A stretch of 64,000 bases of DNA from Erysipelotrichaceae bacterium (lineage in GTDB: Bacteria > Bacillota_I > Bacilli_A > ML615J-28 > CAG-313): assembly GCA_015059015.1 (NCBI GenBank), contig SVBG01000002.1:49636-113635 (forward strand), written 5' to 3'. Below, piece after piece: positions 9,515 to 19,918 of this stretch (positions are counted from its first letter, which is position 1; each line of letters starts with the position of its first letter). The notes under the pieces were generated by a model. It searched no databases. It was not told the origin of the DNA and was given only the letters and a program-made list of their open reading frames with translations. The position numbers and the translations under genes were made by a program.

Positions 9515-10465
9515 ATGAATAAATTAAAATATTCAAAAAAAGAAATATTAATAATGATAAAAAATGTTCTTTTAGTTGTAATTGGAACAGTAATTCTTGC
9601 ATTTGGTACAGGAGTATTTTTATTTCCTTATGATATTATTACTGGTGGTATAGCTGGTATATCAATTACACTTAATAATATTATTCCGGAATTTGAATTT
9701 TTATCATTAAAATCATATGATATATATGTGTTTGTTATTACATGGGGTTTGTTTTTACTTGGATTAATCGTTTTAGGAAAATCCTTTTCCTTAAAAACGC
9801 TTATTTCAACAATTGTTTATTCTCCAGTGTTCTCTTTTTCAGTAAGACTTGTTGAAAATAATGCCTTTAATGGTTTCTTTGATATTGCAAGTAAATATGG
9901 CGAACTGAGTGTATTACTTGGTGCAGTATTTGGTGGAGCATTCGTCGGGGTTGGTTGTGCTATAGCATTTTTAGGTGGTGGCTCAACAGGTGGTACAGAT
10001 ATTATTGCTTTTGTTATATGTAAATGGTTTAAGAAATTTAGAAGTTCAGTAATTATCTTTATATTAGATGTTGTGGTAGTACTTGCAGGTATATTTGTGT
10101 TAAAAGATTTAACACTATCGTTATTAGGGATCGCATCAGCATTTATATGTGCAATCGTTATAGATAAACTATTCTTAGGTGAATCTCAAGCATTTATTGC
10201 ACAAATTGTATCAGATAAATACGAAGAAATTAATCATGCAATTATTACAAAACTAGATAGAACAACTACAATTTTAGAAGCAACAGGTGGTTTTTCTAAA
10301 CAAGAAAAGAAAGTTGTTATGGTATCATTTACAATGCGTCAATATTCAACATTAATTAATATAGTAAATATTATTGATAAAACTGCATTTGTTTCAATTA
10401 ATCGTGCACATGAAATTAACGGAGAGGGATGGACTAGACCTTCCCCTGATCCAGAAAAGGAGTAG
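9515..10465 (+). CDS. YitT-family membrane protein (DUF161 plus DUF2179)
   Basis: Polytopic N-terminal half with a GGxxG motif and a C-terminal soluble DUF2179-like domain. 316 aa. Confidence 0.65.
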   Translation: MNKLKYSKKEILIMIKNVLLVVIGTVILAFGTGVFLFPYDIITGGIAGISITLNNIIPEFEFLSLKSYDIYVFVITWGLFLLGLIVLGKSFSLKTLISTIVYSPVFSFSVRLVENNAFNGFFDIASKYGELSVLLGAVFGGAFVGVGCAIAFLGGGSTGGTDIIAFVICKWFKKFRSSVIIFILDVVVVLAGIFVLKDLTLSLLGIASAFICAIVIDKLFLGESQAFIAQIVSDKYEEINHAIITKLDRTTTILEATGGFSKQEKKVVMVSFTMRQYSTLINIVNIIDKTAFVSINRAHEINGEGWTRPSPDPEKE

Positions 10466-10468
10466 AAA

Positions 10469-11638
10469 ATGAAAACATTAGAAATACAAAATCCGAAAAA
10501 ACAAAGAGCAAAAAGAAATATAATATTTGCTGCATTAATGATATTTATGTGTATTATAATGATATCTAATGCAGTAAGTAAAAATAAAAATTTGAATGAA
10601 GAAAATTTTGAAGTCGTAAAAGGTGTTGTTACTAATTTTGAAGTGCTTGAAGAAGATTATCAATTTAGTATAAAAGTTGAAGAAAAGAAAAATGTTATTA
10701 TATCAATAAAACAAGAAACATCTGATTCCGTACCTAAAATTTCAGAAAATCTTGTTTTGAAAGATGAAATAATCTTAGTTTATAATAAAGTATCTGAGGA
10801 ATCAAACGAAGCATACAAAGTAACTATTAATGATAAAGTGTTATATAATCATTTAGAAACAATGACAAAATCAAACAATAGATTAATTATATTTTATGTG
10901 ATAATAGGTTCTTTCTTTATTGCGTACGCTGTATATTGTGTAATAACATTTGTAAAAACTGAGGCTATTAAAGAAGTAACGCAAGTAGAATATACAATTA
11001 CTAATAATAATGCAATAACTAATGCAATGTTAAAAAATGAATCAAAATCTATGTCTTTAATTAGAAGAGAAAAACTTATAAATAAATGTGTTTTAATAGC
11101 ATTGGTTGGGATTTTATTATTATCAATCTTTATTAAGTCATTTATAAATAATAAATATATATTATTAGCTGCTTCAGCTGTAATAATTATTGGATTAGTT
11201 ACAGTTATGATTGTATTTAAACCACGTTTTCATAATAAAAATTTAAACATATTTGTTAACGATTATATTGATTATATTAAAACAGGAGCATTAAAAGAAG
11301 AAAGAACACTTATTTTAACACAAGAAGGAATGAAAGTAATAAATGAGGAACAAGAACATTTATTCACGTATGAAGATTTAAATTTATTTGCGGTTGCAGT
11401 TTACTCAAAAACAAATGCTCCGGTAAATATATTTATATGTTCTAATTTAGTTGATAAAGAAGAGTTTAAAGATTATGAGGATTTCATTATTCCACTATCT
11501 TCAGATATATATAAGGATATAATAGAAAATAATATTGAAATACTAGGATTAGAAAATTTATTAAGCAATCTATATAATGAAACTGCTACTAATATTAAAG
11601 AATTAAAAGAAGTTTTAAATGTAAAATTTTATAACTAA
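10469..11638 (+). CDS. Hypothetical membrane protein, 389 aa
   Basis: Several TM segments separated by charged loops. No recognisable motifs. Confidence 0.5.
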   Translation: MKTLEIQNPKKQRAKRNIIFAALMIFMCIIMISNAVSKNKNLNEENFEVVKGVVTNFEVLEEDYQFSIKVEEKKNVIISIKQETSDSVPKISENLVLKDEIILVYNKVSEESNEAYKVTINDKVLYNHLETMTKSNNRLIIFYVIIGSFFIAYAVYCVITFVKTEAIKEVTQVEYTITNNNAITNAMLKNESKSMSLIRREKLINKCVLIALVGILLLSIFIKSFINNKYILLAASAVIIIGLVTVMIVFKPRFHNKNLNIFVNDYIDYIKTGALKEERTLILTQEGMKVINEEQEHLFTYEDLNLFAVAVYSKTNAPVNIFICSNLVDKEEFKDYEDFIIPLSSDIYKDIIENNIEILGLENLLSNLYNETATNIKELKEVLNVKFYN

Positions 11639-11642
11639 ATTA

Positions 11643-11672
11643 ATGAGTACTCAAATTGAGTACTCATTTTTA
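11643..11672 (+). terminator. Intrinsic terminator
   Basis: ATGAGTACTCAAATTGAGTACTCAT followed by TTTT. Confidence 0.7.
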
Positions 11673-11735
11673 ATAAATCATATTCTGTTTATTTTTTATT
11701 AAAAAGTGGTATAATATATTTAATGGAGAAAAAAT

Positions 11736-13142
11736 ATGGAACAAAATAGTAAAACAAAAATTTTTGAAGATTATCCGATAGGTAAAGCATTTATAAGTTT
11801 AGTCACACCTACAATAATTTCACAAGTAATTATGATAATTTATAACTATGCTGATGCGTGGTTTTTAGGTAGAACTGAAAATGCTGATGCAGTGGCTGCG
11901 CTTGCGGTAGTAATGCCAGTATTTATAATTTTAAATGCAATAGCATGTTTATTTGGGATAGGTGGTTCTAGTTTAATAGCAAGATGCTTAGGTAGAAAAG
12001 AACCAAATAAAGCAAAAGCAGTATTTGCTTTTTCTATATGGGGAAGTATAATATCTGCAATAATTTATAGTATTATTATATTAGTATTTGCAAAATCAAT
12101 TATTTATTTAGTAGGTGGAACAGATGCAACATATAAATATATATATAATTATGCATTAATAACAATTGTTATTGGTAGTATTCCTACTATTTTAAATAAC
12201 GTATTTGGACATTTAGTAAGATCTGTAGGTGGAGCAAAAGAAGCAAGTATTGGAATGGGACTAGGTGGTGTATTAAATATCATATTAGACCCACTATTTA
12301 TGTTTGTTTTATTACCAGCTGGTTATGAAATAGTTGGTGCAGCTTTGGCAACAATGTTATCAAATGTTGCATCTTGTATTTTCTTTATTATATATGTATT
12401 AAAACATAAAGAGATTACTGTATTTACACTAAATCCAAAAGATGTATCTTTTAAATATTCAATTCCAAAAGAAGTTTTATTTATAGGTTTTCCTGCTGCA
12501 CTTAGTACTGCGCTTGCAATGGTATCAAATATTGTTGCAAATAAACTTGTTATTAATGCAGTTTCAGAAACACTTCAAAGTCCTGTAGTTGGTGGACTTG
12601 GTGCTGCTAAACGTATTAATACACTTGCTTTTAATATTTGTATGGGAATTACACAAGGTATGTTACCATTTATTGCGTATAACTATGCTGCAAAGAATTC
12701 TAAACGAATGAATAAAGGTATTATATATATGTTTGTGGTTGCAGTAGGCTTCTCACTTGTTGCAATTACATTCTTCCAAATATTCACTAAACAATTAGTT
12801 ACATTTTTTGTACCTGGTCAACCAGATACAATTAGATATGGTGTAGATTTCTTACATATTATTGAAGTTGCTGTACCACTTTGTTCAATTTGTTTTGCAA
12901 CAAATACAGTATTTCAAGCTACAGGTAAAAAATTTGAATCATTTATTTTATCAATATTAAGAAAAGGTGTTTTAGATATTCCTTTAATGTATATATTATG
13001 TAATAAAATTGGTGAACTAGGTGTTCTTTGGGCAACACCTATAGCAGAAGCATTATCAGTATTTGTTGCTATTGGTTTATTAATACCTTTCTTAATAAGA
13101 AATGCAAAAAAGAATAAAAAAACTTTAGAGTTTGAAATTTAA
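11736..13142 (+). CDS. MATE family efflux transporter
   Basis: 468 aa, 12 TM, MATE-like. Confidence 0.85.
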   Translation: MEQNSKTKIFEDYPIGKAFISLVTPTIISQVIMIIYNYADAWFLGRTENADAVAALAVVMPVFIILNAIACLFGIGGSSLIARCLGRKEPNKAKAVFAFSIWGSIISAIIYSIIILVFAKSIIYLVGGTDATYKYIYNYALITIVIGSIPTILNNVFGHLVRSVGGAKEASIGMGLGGVLNIILDPLFMFVLLPAGYEIVGAALATMLSNVASCIFFIIYVLKHKEITVFTLNPKDVSFKYSIPKEVLFIGFPAALSTALAMVSNIVANKLVINAVSETLQSPVVGGLGAAKRINTLAFNICMGITQGMLPFIAYNYAAKNSKRMNKGIIYMFVVAVGFSLVAITFFQIFTKQLVTFFVPGQPDTIRYGVDFLHIIEVAVPLCSICFATNTVFQATGKKFESFILSILRKGVLDIPLMYILCNKIGELGVLWATPIAEALSVFVAIGLLIPFLIRNAKKNKKTLEFEI

Positions 13143-13207
13143 AACATAGGAGTTATCCTATGTTTTATTTATAAGTATTAAACATATATATTATATAGGT
13201 GATTAAA

Positions 13208-14389
13208 ATGAAAAAATATATATTATTATTAATAGCAGGACTACTTGTTGGTATAACAACAAATATAGGTCACCCAATAACTCCTTATTATATAAATCAA
13301 ATAGAATTAGATAAAATTATATTTGGCTATTTCTACGCAACAATGTCACTTGGTATGCTAATATCGGCACCTATTTGGGGCGCACTTGGAGATGCTAAAG
13401 GAAGAAAAATAGTTTTAATTATTTGTTTATTGTTTTATGGTGTAGGTCAACTATTATTTGGTGTTATGCACAATCAATATTTAATTCTTGCAGCGAGATT
13501 TTTCTCTGGTATTTTTTGTGGTGGTGTATTAGTTTCTTTACTTTCATATATGACAAGAAGTAAAGAACTTTCAAGATTTAATGCTACACGTCTTTATGCA
13601 ACATTTATTTCGCTACATTTAGTTGGAACTTCTGTTGGATCTTTTATCGGCGGTGCACTAGGCGAGTTATTTAACCCTAATTATCATTATGTGCTTTTTG
13701 CACAAGCATTAATGATGCTTATATTTGCAATATATGTATTACTTTTTATGAAATTTGATGATGAAGAAAAGCAAAAAATTAGAAGTATGAATCCTCTTAA
13801 AAGTTTAGGAGATATTAAATTATTACCATTTTCATTAGTAATCTTTTTATTCATTATTGCGATTATAAATATTTCATTTACAGATGTATCTAAATATTTA
13901 GATGTTTACTTTTCTGATTCAGGATATGGATCATTAAAACTAGGTACTGTTAACTTAATTGTTGGATTTGTTACACTTGGTGTTAATTTATTAGTTACAC
14001 CATTAATAATTAAAAAGTTTAAACCGCTTATTTCGTTAATTATTTTTTCAATTATAGGTGGTCTAATGTTAATTTTAACATTTTCACTTCCTAATTTATT
14101 ATTTAATATATATACTTTTTATATGATATTTATAATAACTAAAGCAATTATAGAACCGGTTATTGTTGAATACTTAAGTGAACATAAGAATATTCAGTCT
14201 GGAGTTTTAATGGGTCTTAGACAAAGTTTTATTTCATTAGGTGGAATAATAGGTGTTTTAATAGGGGGAATTATTTACGCAAATAGTAGTGTGATGTTAT
14301 TTTATATATGTGCTGGAATGCTTTTTATTGCTGCTATAATAACATTTATTATATATATAATTAAGAAAAAAGATTCTAATTTATGCTAG
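13208..14389 (+). CDS. MFS transporter
   Basis: 12-TM protein with an MFS motif-A-like GDAKGRK after TM2. ATG at 13208 has an AGGTGA RBS; the track's start at 13199 is a GTG. Confidence 0.75.
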   Translation: MKKYILLLIAGLLVGITTNIGHPITPYYINQIELDKIIFGYFYATMSLGMLISAPIWGALGDAKGRKIVLIICLLFYGVGQLLFGVMHNQYLILAARFFSGIFCGGVLVSLLSYMTRSKELSRFNATRLYATFISLHLVGTSVGSFIGGALGELFNPNYHYVLFAQALMMLIFAIYVLLFMKFDDEEKQKIRSMNPLKSLGDIKLLPFSLVIFLFIIAIINISFTDVSKYLDVYFSDSGYGSLKLGTVNLIVGFVTLGVNLLVTPLIIKKFKPLISLIIFSIIGGLMLILTFSLPNLLFNIYTFYMIFIITKAIIEPVIVEYLSEHKNIQSGVLMGLRQSFISLGGIIGVLIGGIIYANSSVMLFYICAGMLFIAAIITFIIYIIKKKDSNLC

Positions 14390-14459
14390 AATCTTTTTAT
14401 GTTTTCTTGATTAAATATATATACTTTGATATAATATAAACAAAAAAGGAGAATATTTT

Positions 14460-15257
14460 ATGACAAAGAAAAATTTTATATTTATTGGACTTTCAATTAT
14501 AGCAATATTAATTTCTATTATGATGCCATTTATGGGATTTGGTAGTGATGGGTTTACAATCACATACTTACCTATAAATTTAGTAGTATCATTTATTTTA
14601 TTATTTATTGGTTTAAAAGGTTTATATAAAGATACAAATAACCAAGATTTTTATACTGGAAGTATAATGTCTATTGTGGGAATGTGTATTCTTGTTATTG
14701 GAACAATTATATCACCTTTATTTACAAAGAATTACATGGGAATATTAAATTATTATAAAGTACTTTTTGAAAATATAGATAATGAATATTTATTTATTAA
14801 AAATGGTGGTTATTTATTTGAAACATTTGGTATTTTCTTTACTATATGTTTTGTTTCATTTTACTTTTATGGTTTTGCAGCGTTTAAGTTTTTGAGTGGG
14901 ATTAAAAATCAAAATATTATTGTTGAACATAAAAATGATCTAAATAAAAAAATAAAAACATTTATAATTGCAAATATGATTTTATATGCAATATGCGCGA
15001 TAACTATGTTTTTATATAAGGAAGTAGCACAAACTTTATTACCTTATATGTATAAAAATACAATGCCTGACGAAGTAATTGCTAAATTAATGTTACTACT
15101 TATTGTTACATGTGTAATTATGTTTCCAGCTTTAATTGTTGTTTCAGTATTTTATTTTATTAATATTATTAAATCGATAATCTTAGTATTTAAAACACCA
15201 AGTCAAATAGAACAAAAAGACGAAGTAATTGATGTGGAAATCCAAACTGAGGAATAA
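14460..15257 (+). CDS. Hypothetical polytopic membrane protein, 265 aa
   Basis: AAGGAG RBS. About 6 TM. No known motifs. Confidence 0.5.
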   Translation: MTKKNFIFIGLSIIAILISIMMPFMGFGSDGFTITYLPINLVVSFILLFIGLKGLYKDTNNQDFYTGSIMSIVGMCILVIGTIISPLFTKNYMGILNYYKVLFENIDNEYLFIKNGGYLFETFGIFFTICFVSFYFYGFAAFKFLSGIKNQNIIVEHKNDLNKKIKTFIIANMILYAICAITMFLYKEVAQTLLPYMYKNTMPDEVIAKLMLLLIVTCVIMFPALIVVSVFYFINIIKSIILVFKTPSQIEQKDEVIDVEIQTEE

Positions 15258-15260
15258 CGT

Positions 15261-15668
15261 ATGAATATTTTATTTTTCCTAAAACCTAAAGCAACAGTTA
15301 CTGTATTAACTACTGATTGTACTTTAAGACAAGCACTTGAAATAATGGATAAAAGTGGTTATACTGCCGTTCCATTAATTGATGAAGATGGTAAATATGT
15401 TGGTACTATTTCTGAAGGTGACTTTTTATGGTTTTTCAAATCTCTTGGAATATTTAATATAAAAGATGCAGAAAAAGTATCAATTAAAGCAATAAATAGA
15501 AGAAGAGATAATTTACCTATTAGAATTGATGAAGATATGTCTAATTTAATTAACATGTCTAAAACAGAAAACTTTATTCCGGTAGTTGATGATCGAGATG
15601 TTTTCATTGGAATTGTTACAAGACAAGATATTATTGATTACTTTTTAAAAAATAACAATATAAAATAA
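15261..15668 (+). CDS. CBS-domain pair protein
   Basis: 135 aa with two CBS-like repeats (TAVPLIDEDGKYVGTISEGD... and IPVVDDRDVFIGIVTRQD). Confidence 0.7.
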   Translation: MNILFFLKPKATVTVLTTDCTLRQALEIMDKSGYTAVPLIDEDGKYVGTISEGDFLWFFKSLGIFNIKDAEKVSIKAINRRRDNLPIRIDEDMSNLINMSKTENFIPVVDDRDVFIGIVTRQDIIDYFLKNNNIK

Positions 15669-15672
15669 AATT

Positions 15673-16602
15673 ATGAAAAATAGTACGAATAAAATAATTA
15701 AAGCAATTACAGAAGGTGGAATATTTGCCGGAATATATGCGTTACTTGCAATAATATCTAGATATTTACTTACCGGAACTGATAGTATGTTATACTATTT
15801 TACGCCACTACCCATGGCTATATATGTTGTAAGAAATAAAACGACATATTCAATAGCAGTACTTGCTGCATCTATTGCACTTTCATTCTTATTTTCAAAT
15901 CCACTTGTTGCATTAATGGTAATAATGCCAAATATAATAGTAGGATTTATTCTAGGCTTATTAGAAAAAGTGAGTAAAGTAAAAATATTAAATTATTTAT
16001 TAATTTTTATTCTTTGTTATGCAGTAAGTTTAATAAGTATTGCTGCTTTTGAAATAATTAATGGAATTGATTATTGGGAGGACGTAGTAAAGCTTCTTAA
16101 TAGTATTACTGCCTACTTTAATTATAGTAACGAAGCTTTAATGAAATCAATTGTAGACATTGCTACAACTGTTACTTTATTAGTAGATTCAATTATTAAA
16201 ACAGTGATGTTATATTTAGTTTTATCAATTGTTATTGTAAGATTGAAACTTATATCAAAATATTCATTAAAAATTAAACTTCCTCTTAAATTTAATTTTA
16301 AAATAGCACTTGGATATATATGTACTTTCATAATCTTTTTAATTATATCTTGGTTATATGTTTCGTATCAAACAATACTATTTGAAATACTTATGTCGAT
16401 TTTATTAACTATTATATTTATATATAGTTTATATTTATCATATCAAACAATATTCTATATTCAATTTAGATTTAATAATATAAAAAAAGGTGTATTTATA
16501 TTAATTATAATTCTTTGTATTATCCTATTACCAATATCTACAATAATAGGCATGATATTAAATTTTATGAATTATAATGTTTTATTAGATGTTATAAAAT
16601 AG
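15673..16602 (+). CDS. Hypothetical polytopic membrane protein, 309 aa
   Basis: 8 or more TM segments. Family unknown. Confidence 0.5.
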   Translation: MKNSTNKIIKAITEGGIFAGIYALLAIISRYLLTGTDSMLYYFTPLPMAIYVVRNKTTYSIAVLAASIALSFLFSNPLVALMVIMPNIIVGFILGLLEKVSKVKILNYLLIFILCYAVSLISIAAFEIINGIDYWEDVVKLLNSITAYFNYSNEALMKSIVDIATTVTLLVDSIIKTVMLYLVLSIVIVRLKLISKYSLKIKLPLKFNFKIALGYICTFIIFLIISWLYVSYQTILFEILMSILLTIIFIYSLYLSYQTIFYIQFRFNNIKKGVFILIIILCIILLPISTIIGMILNFMNYNVLLDVIK

Positions 16603-16606
16603 AAAA

Positions 16607-16640
16607 ATAGGAAATCAAAACGATTTCCTATTATTTTTTA
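16607..16640. terminator. Bidirectional intrinsic terminator
   Basis: AATAGGAAATC-aaaac-GATTTCCTATT with T-runs on both strands, lying between convergent genes. Confidence 0.7.
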
Positions 16641-17179
16641 TATATTTCTTCTTTTAATACACCAACATATGGTAGTTGACGATATAATTCATCATAATCA
16701 AGACCATATCCAACAACAAATTCAGGTTCAATACTAAATCCAATATATTTAATTGATAAGTCAGTTACTTTTCTCATAGCAGGTTTATCAAGCAGTGTTG
16801 CTATTTCAAGTGAAGCAGGTTTAGATTCAGCTAAAATTTTCATAACTGTACTTAAAGTAAAACCTGTGTCAACAATATCTTCAACAACAATTACATGACG
16901 TCCTTCTAATTTATATGAAGGTAGTATTGTTACCGCAACATTACCAGAAGATGTTGTTCCACCATGATAACTTGATGCTTTCATATAATCAAATTGAATT
17001 GGAATTGTAATATATTTTGATAGTTCTGCTACAAATGGAATGCTTCCACGAAGAAGGGATAAAAGAATTGGTTTTTTATCAGCATAATCTTTGTTAATTT
17101 CTTCTGCTAATTCTTTGCAGCGTGCTTTAATTTGTTCTTCAGTAACTAATATTTTTTTAATGTCATTATTTAAATTCAT
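16631..17179 (-). CDS. hpt: Hypoxanthine phosphoribosyltransferase
   Basis: PRPP-binding motif VVEDIVDTGFTL. 182 aa. Typical Hpt N-terminus. Confidence 0.85.
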   Translation of the reverse strand: MNLNNDIKKILVTEEQIKARCKELAEEINKDYADKKPILLSLLRGSIPFVAELSKYITIPIQFDYMKASSYHGGTTSSGNVAVTILPSYKLEGRHVIVVEDIVDTGFTLSTVMKILAESKPASLEIATLLDKPAMRKVTDLSIKYIGFSIEPEFVVGYGLDYDELYRQLPYVGVLKEEIYKK

Positions 17180-17187
17180 GTTAGCCT

Positions 17188-18606
17188 CTATTTTTTAATG
17201 ATTTCATCAACAATTATTCTTGCTATTTTTACCCCATTAGCACCTGCTTGTGCAAGACCTCTAGTAATACCTGCACCATCACCACCAACATACAAGTTAT
17301 GAATGCTTGTTTCAAATTTGTTTGTTACAACTGGACAATCGCTATAGAATTTAGCTTCAACACCATAGAATAATGTATGGTCGCTTGCGATACCAGGACT
17401 AACGTGATTAAGTGCTTCAATCATTTCAATTAATGATTTCATAAAATTATAAGGAAGAACTAATCCTAAATCACCTGGAATAGCTTCTTTTAATGTAGGA
17501 CGAACAAATCCTTCTTGAATACGTTTAGGAGTTGAACGACGTCCTTTTTTAATATCACCATATTTTTGAACAATTACAGATCCATCTGATAATTTATTAG
17601 CAAGTTTACTAATTTCATATGCATACTCATTTGGATCATTAAATGGATCATCAAATTCTTGTGAAACAAGTAACGCAAAGTTAGTGTTTTTAGAACCTAG
17701 TTTTACATCATTATATGAATGTCCATTACATAACATTACACCATTATGATTTTCAACTACAACGTGACCAGATGGATTAGAACAGAAAGTTCTAACTTGT
17801 GTACCAACACTTGTATTATAGATAAATTTGCCTTCATATAGGTTTCGGTTAATTTCATCCATAATAATATCATTAGTTTCAACACGCACACCTAAGTCAA
17901 CACGATTATTTTTGAATTTAACATTATATTTAGAAAGTGTACTTGCAAGCCATTCAGAACCATTTCTACCAACTCCTAGCACTACATAATCACCATAATA
18001 TATAGCGCCATTTTCCATTAAAACACCTTTAACAACATTATCTTCAACAATAATATCTTTAACAGCGATTTCAAATGAATAATCAACGTATGGTTGCATT
18101 TCTTCATATATATTTGCAAGAACTTTTAAATTAACTTCAGTCCCTAAATGTCTTACTTGACTGCGAAGAAGCTTAAGCCCAACCGCAATACCTTTTTTCT
18201 CAATCTCAAATACTTCATCAGTGTAAGGATCAGTGATTTCTTCAGGTGCACCATGTTTTAAATTGATATTATCAACATATTTGATTAAGTCAATAACTTC
18301 CTCTTCAGGAAGGTAATCAGTCATCCAACCACCAAATTCACTTGTGATATTAAACTTACCATCAGAGTAAGCACCACTACCACCAAATCCAGTTGTCATT
18401 GAACAACCTGGTTTACAACCTATATTACCATTTTTATCTACTGGGCACTTTTCTAATCTTTTTTCTAAGATTGGACACTTACGATTATATATATTACGAC
18501 CTTTGTCAATTAATAAAACTTTTAAATTTTTATTCATTGTCATTAATTCATAAGCGGCATAAATACCCATTGGGCCTGCACCAACTAAAATAACATCATA
18601 CTTCAT
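17188..18606 (-). CDS. NAD(P)/FAD-dependent oxidoreductase (COG2509-like uncharacterised FAD-dependent dehydrogenase)
   Basis: N-terminal Rossmann fold DVILVGAGPMGIYAAYEL, and a C-terminal GGDGAG-like FAD motif (YVGGDGAGITRG). Confidence 0.7.
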   Translation of the reverse strand: MKYDVILVGAGPMGIYAAYELMTMNKNLKVLLIDKGRNIYNRKCPILEKRLEKCPVDKNGNIGCKPGCSMTTGFGGSGAYSDGKFNITSEFGGWMTDYLPEEEVIDLIKYVDNINLKHGAPEEITDPYTDEVFEIEKKGIAVGLKLLRSQVRHLGTEVNLKVLANIYEEMQPYVDYSFEIAVKDIIVEDNVVKGVLMENGAIYYGDYVVLGVGRNGSEWLASTLSKYNVKFKNNRVDLGVRVETNDIIMDEINRNLYEGKFIYNTSVGTQVRTFCSNPSGHVVVENHNGVMLCNGHSYNDVKLGSKNTNFALLVSQEFDDPFNDPNEYAYEISKLANKLSDGSVIVQKYGDIKKGRRSTPKRIQEGFVRPTLKEAIPGDLGLVLPYNFMKSLIEMIEALNHVSPGIASDHTLFYGVEAKFYSDCPVVTNKFETSIHNLYVGGDGAGITRGLAQAGANGVKIARIIVDEIIKK

Positions 18607-18777
18607 TTTTATAACCTCGTTTTTTAAAAATATTTATACATATATATATTTTAACATAATTTAATTAATTTTTCCACATAAATAAAACTTTAATAAATTA
18701 AATTTAACAAAAAATAAAAAAATGTGTTATAATAAATATTAGAATAAGTTTTTTTATAATAAGTTTGGAGGTAAATT

Positions 18778-19854
18778 ATGAACAAAGTATTAGAGTATTT
18801 CAATAAATTAAATAATAAAGAAGAAATAATAAAAAAAGAAATCGTAGTATGTGGGTGGCAAAAAATTTATAAAGACACATTTATATCCGCAATTACACCT
18901 TATTTATTTGAAGAACTTAATATTAAAGAACACATTGCGAAAGAAAAAAATGAAAATAGAGATCAAAGAATAAAGCCTAAAGTATACATTACAATTCATG
19001 ATACAGGAGATACTGGTCCTAAACATAATGCAAAATTCTGGAGTGATACAGTATATAAAGAAATGTGGGTTGATACAAAAGAACCTTACAAAGCAAGTTT
19101 CCAATATGTTGTTGGAAATGATGGTATATATCACAATATTCCGGATAATGAAGTAGCATACCATGCAGGTGATACAACTCAATATGATTATACTTTATAT
19201 AATACTGGTGTAAAAATATCCGATAAGTTTGAACTTGGTATTAGTGAAGATAGTTATTATACAATCAATGGCGAAAAAACTACTGTAAAAGCTCCAATGT
19301 ATGAAAAAGAAATTGATGGAAAACTTGTAACTAGAGTATGTACAATTGATGATATAAACGATCAAGGTATCTGTATGGCAGTTGATGATGAATATTTCTA
19401 TCTTGGTGAGACATATTTTAATAAAACATATGAAAAAATAGCAAACCGAGGTGGAAATAATAATTCGATAGGTATTGAAACATGTGTTAATGAAGGAAGT
19501 AATATTTGGTTATCATTCATGAGATGTGCTAAACTTGTCGCAAAACTACTAGATGAAAATGATTTAGAACTATATGACATTAAACAACATCATTATTTTA
19601 GTGGCAAAAATTGCCCACAAACACTAAGAGTAAATAACCTTTGGGAATATTTCTTACATTGTGTTGAAGTAGAAAGACAAGTATTAGAATTTATTAAAGA
19701 AGGATATCAAATTAAACTTATTCCTGATTCTGAATATTTAGAAACAAACGGAATCCTTACAAAACTACCTAAATGTGTTAAAGGTATTGGCTATACAATT
19801 GAAACTACAAAAGATGGTGTAGTTGATAGTTATAAATATGTTAAATTAGTGTAA
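18778..19854 (+). CDS. N-acetylmuramoyl-L-alanine amidase, Amidase_2/PGRP-type (no signal peptide)
   Basis: Motifs YHAGD, NNNSIGIETCVNEG and HHYFSGKNCPQ. Carries the same long insert (YYTINGEKTTVKAP) found in the C-terminal domains of the two giant lipoproteins. Confidence 0.75.
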   Translation: MNKVLEYFNKLNNKEEIIKKEIVVCGWQKIYKDTFISAITPYLFEELNIKEHIAKEKNENRDQRIKPKVYITIHDTGDTGPKHNAKFWSDTVYKEMWVDTKEPYKASFQYVVGNDGIYHNIPDNEVAYHAGDTTQYDYTLYNTGVKISDKFELGISEDSYYTINGEKTTVKAPMYEKEIDGKLVTRVCTIDDINDQGICMAVDDEYFYLGETYFNKTYEKIANRGGNNNSIGIETCVNEGSNIWLSFMRCAKLVAKLLDENDLELYDIKQHHYFSGKNCPQTLRVNNLWEYFLHCVEVERQVLEFIKEGYQIKLIPDSEYLETNGILTKLPKCVKGIGYTIETTKDGVVDSYKYVKLV

Positions 19855-19918
19855 TGATTGAATATAACACTGATTTATGGTAAAATATATAAGAAATTAA
19901 TATGAAGAGGAAATATAT

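Noticed and set aside
19855-19918. Looked for a T-box leader upstream of serS
   Set aside because: Only ~60 nt of leader with no specifier or T-box consensus; serS appears to be directly promoter-driven here.
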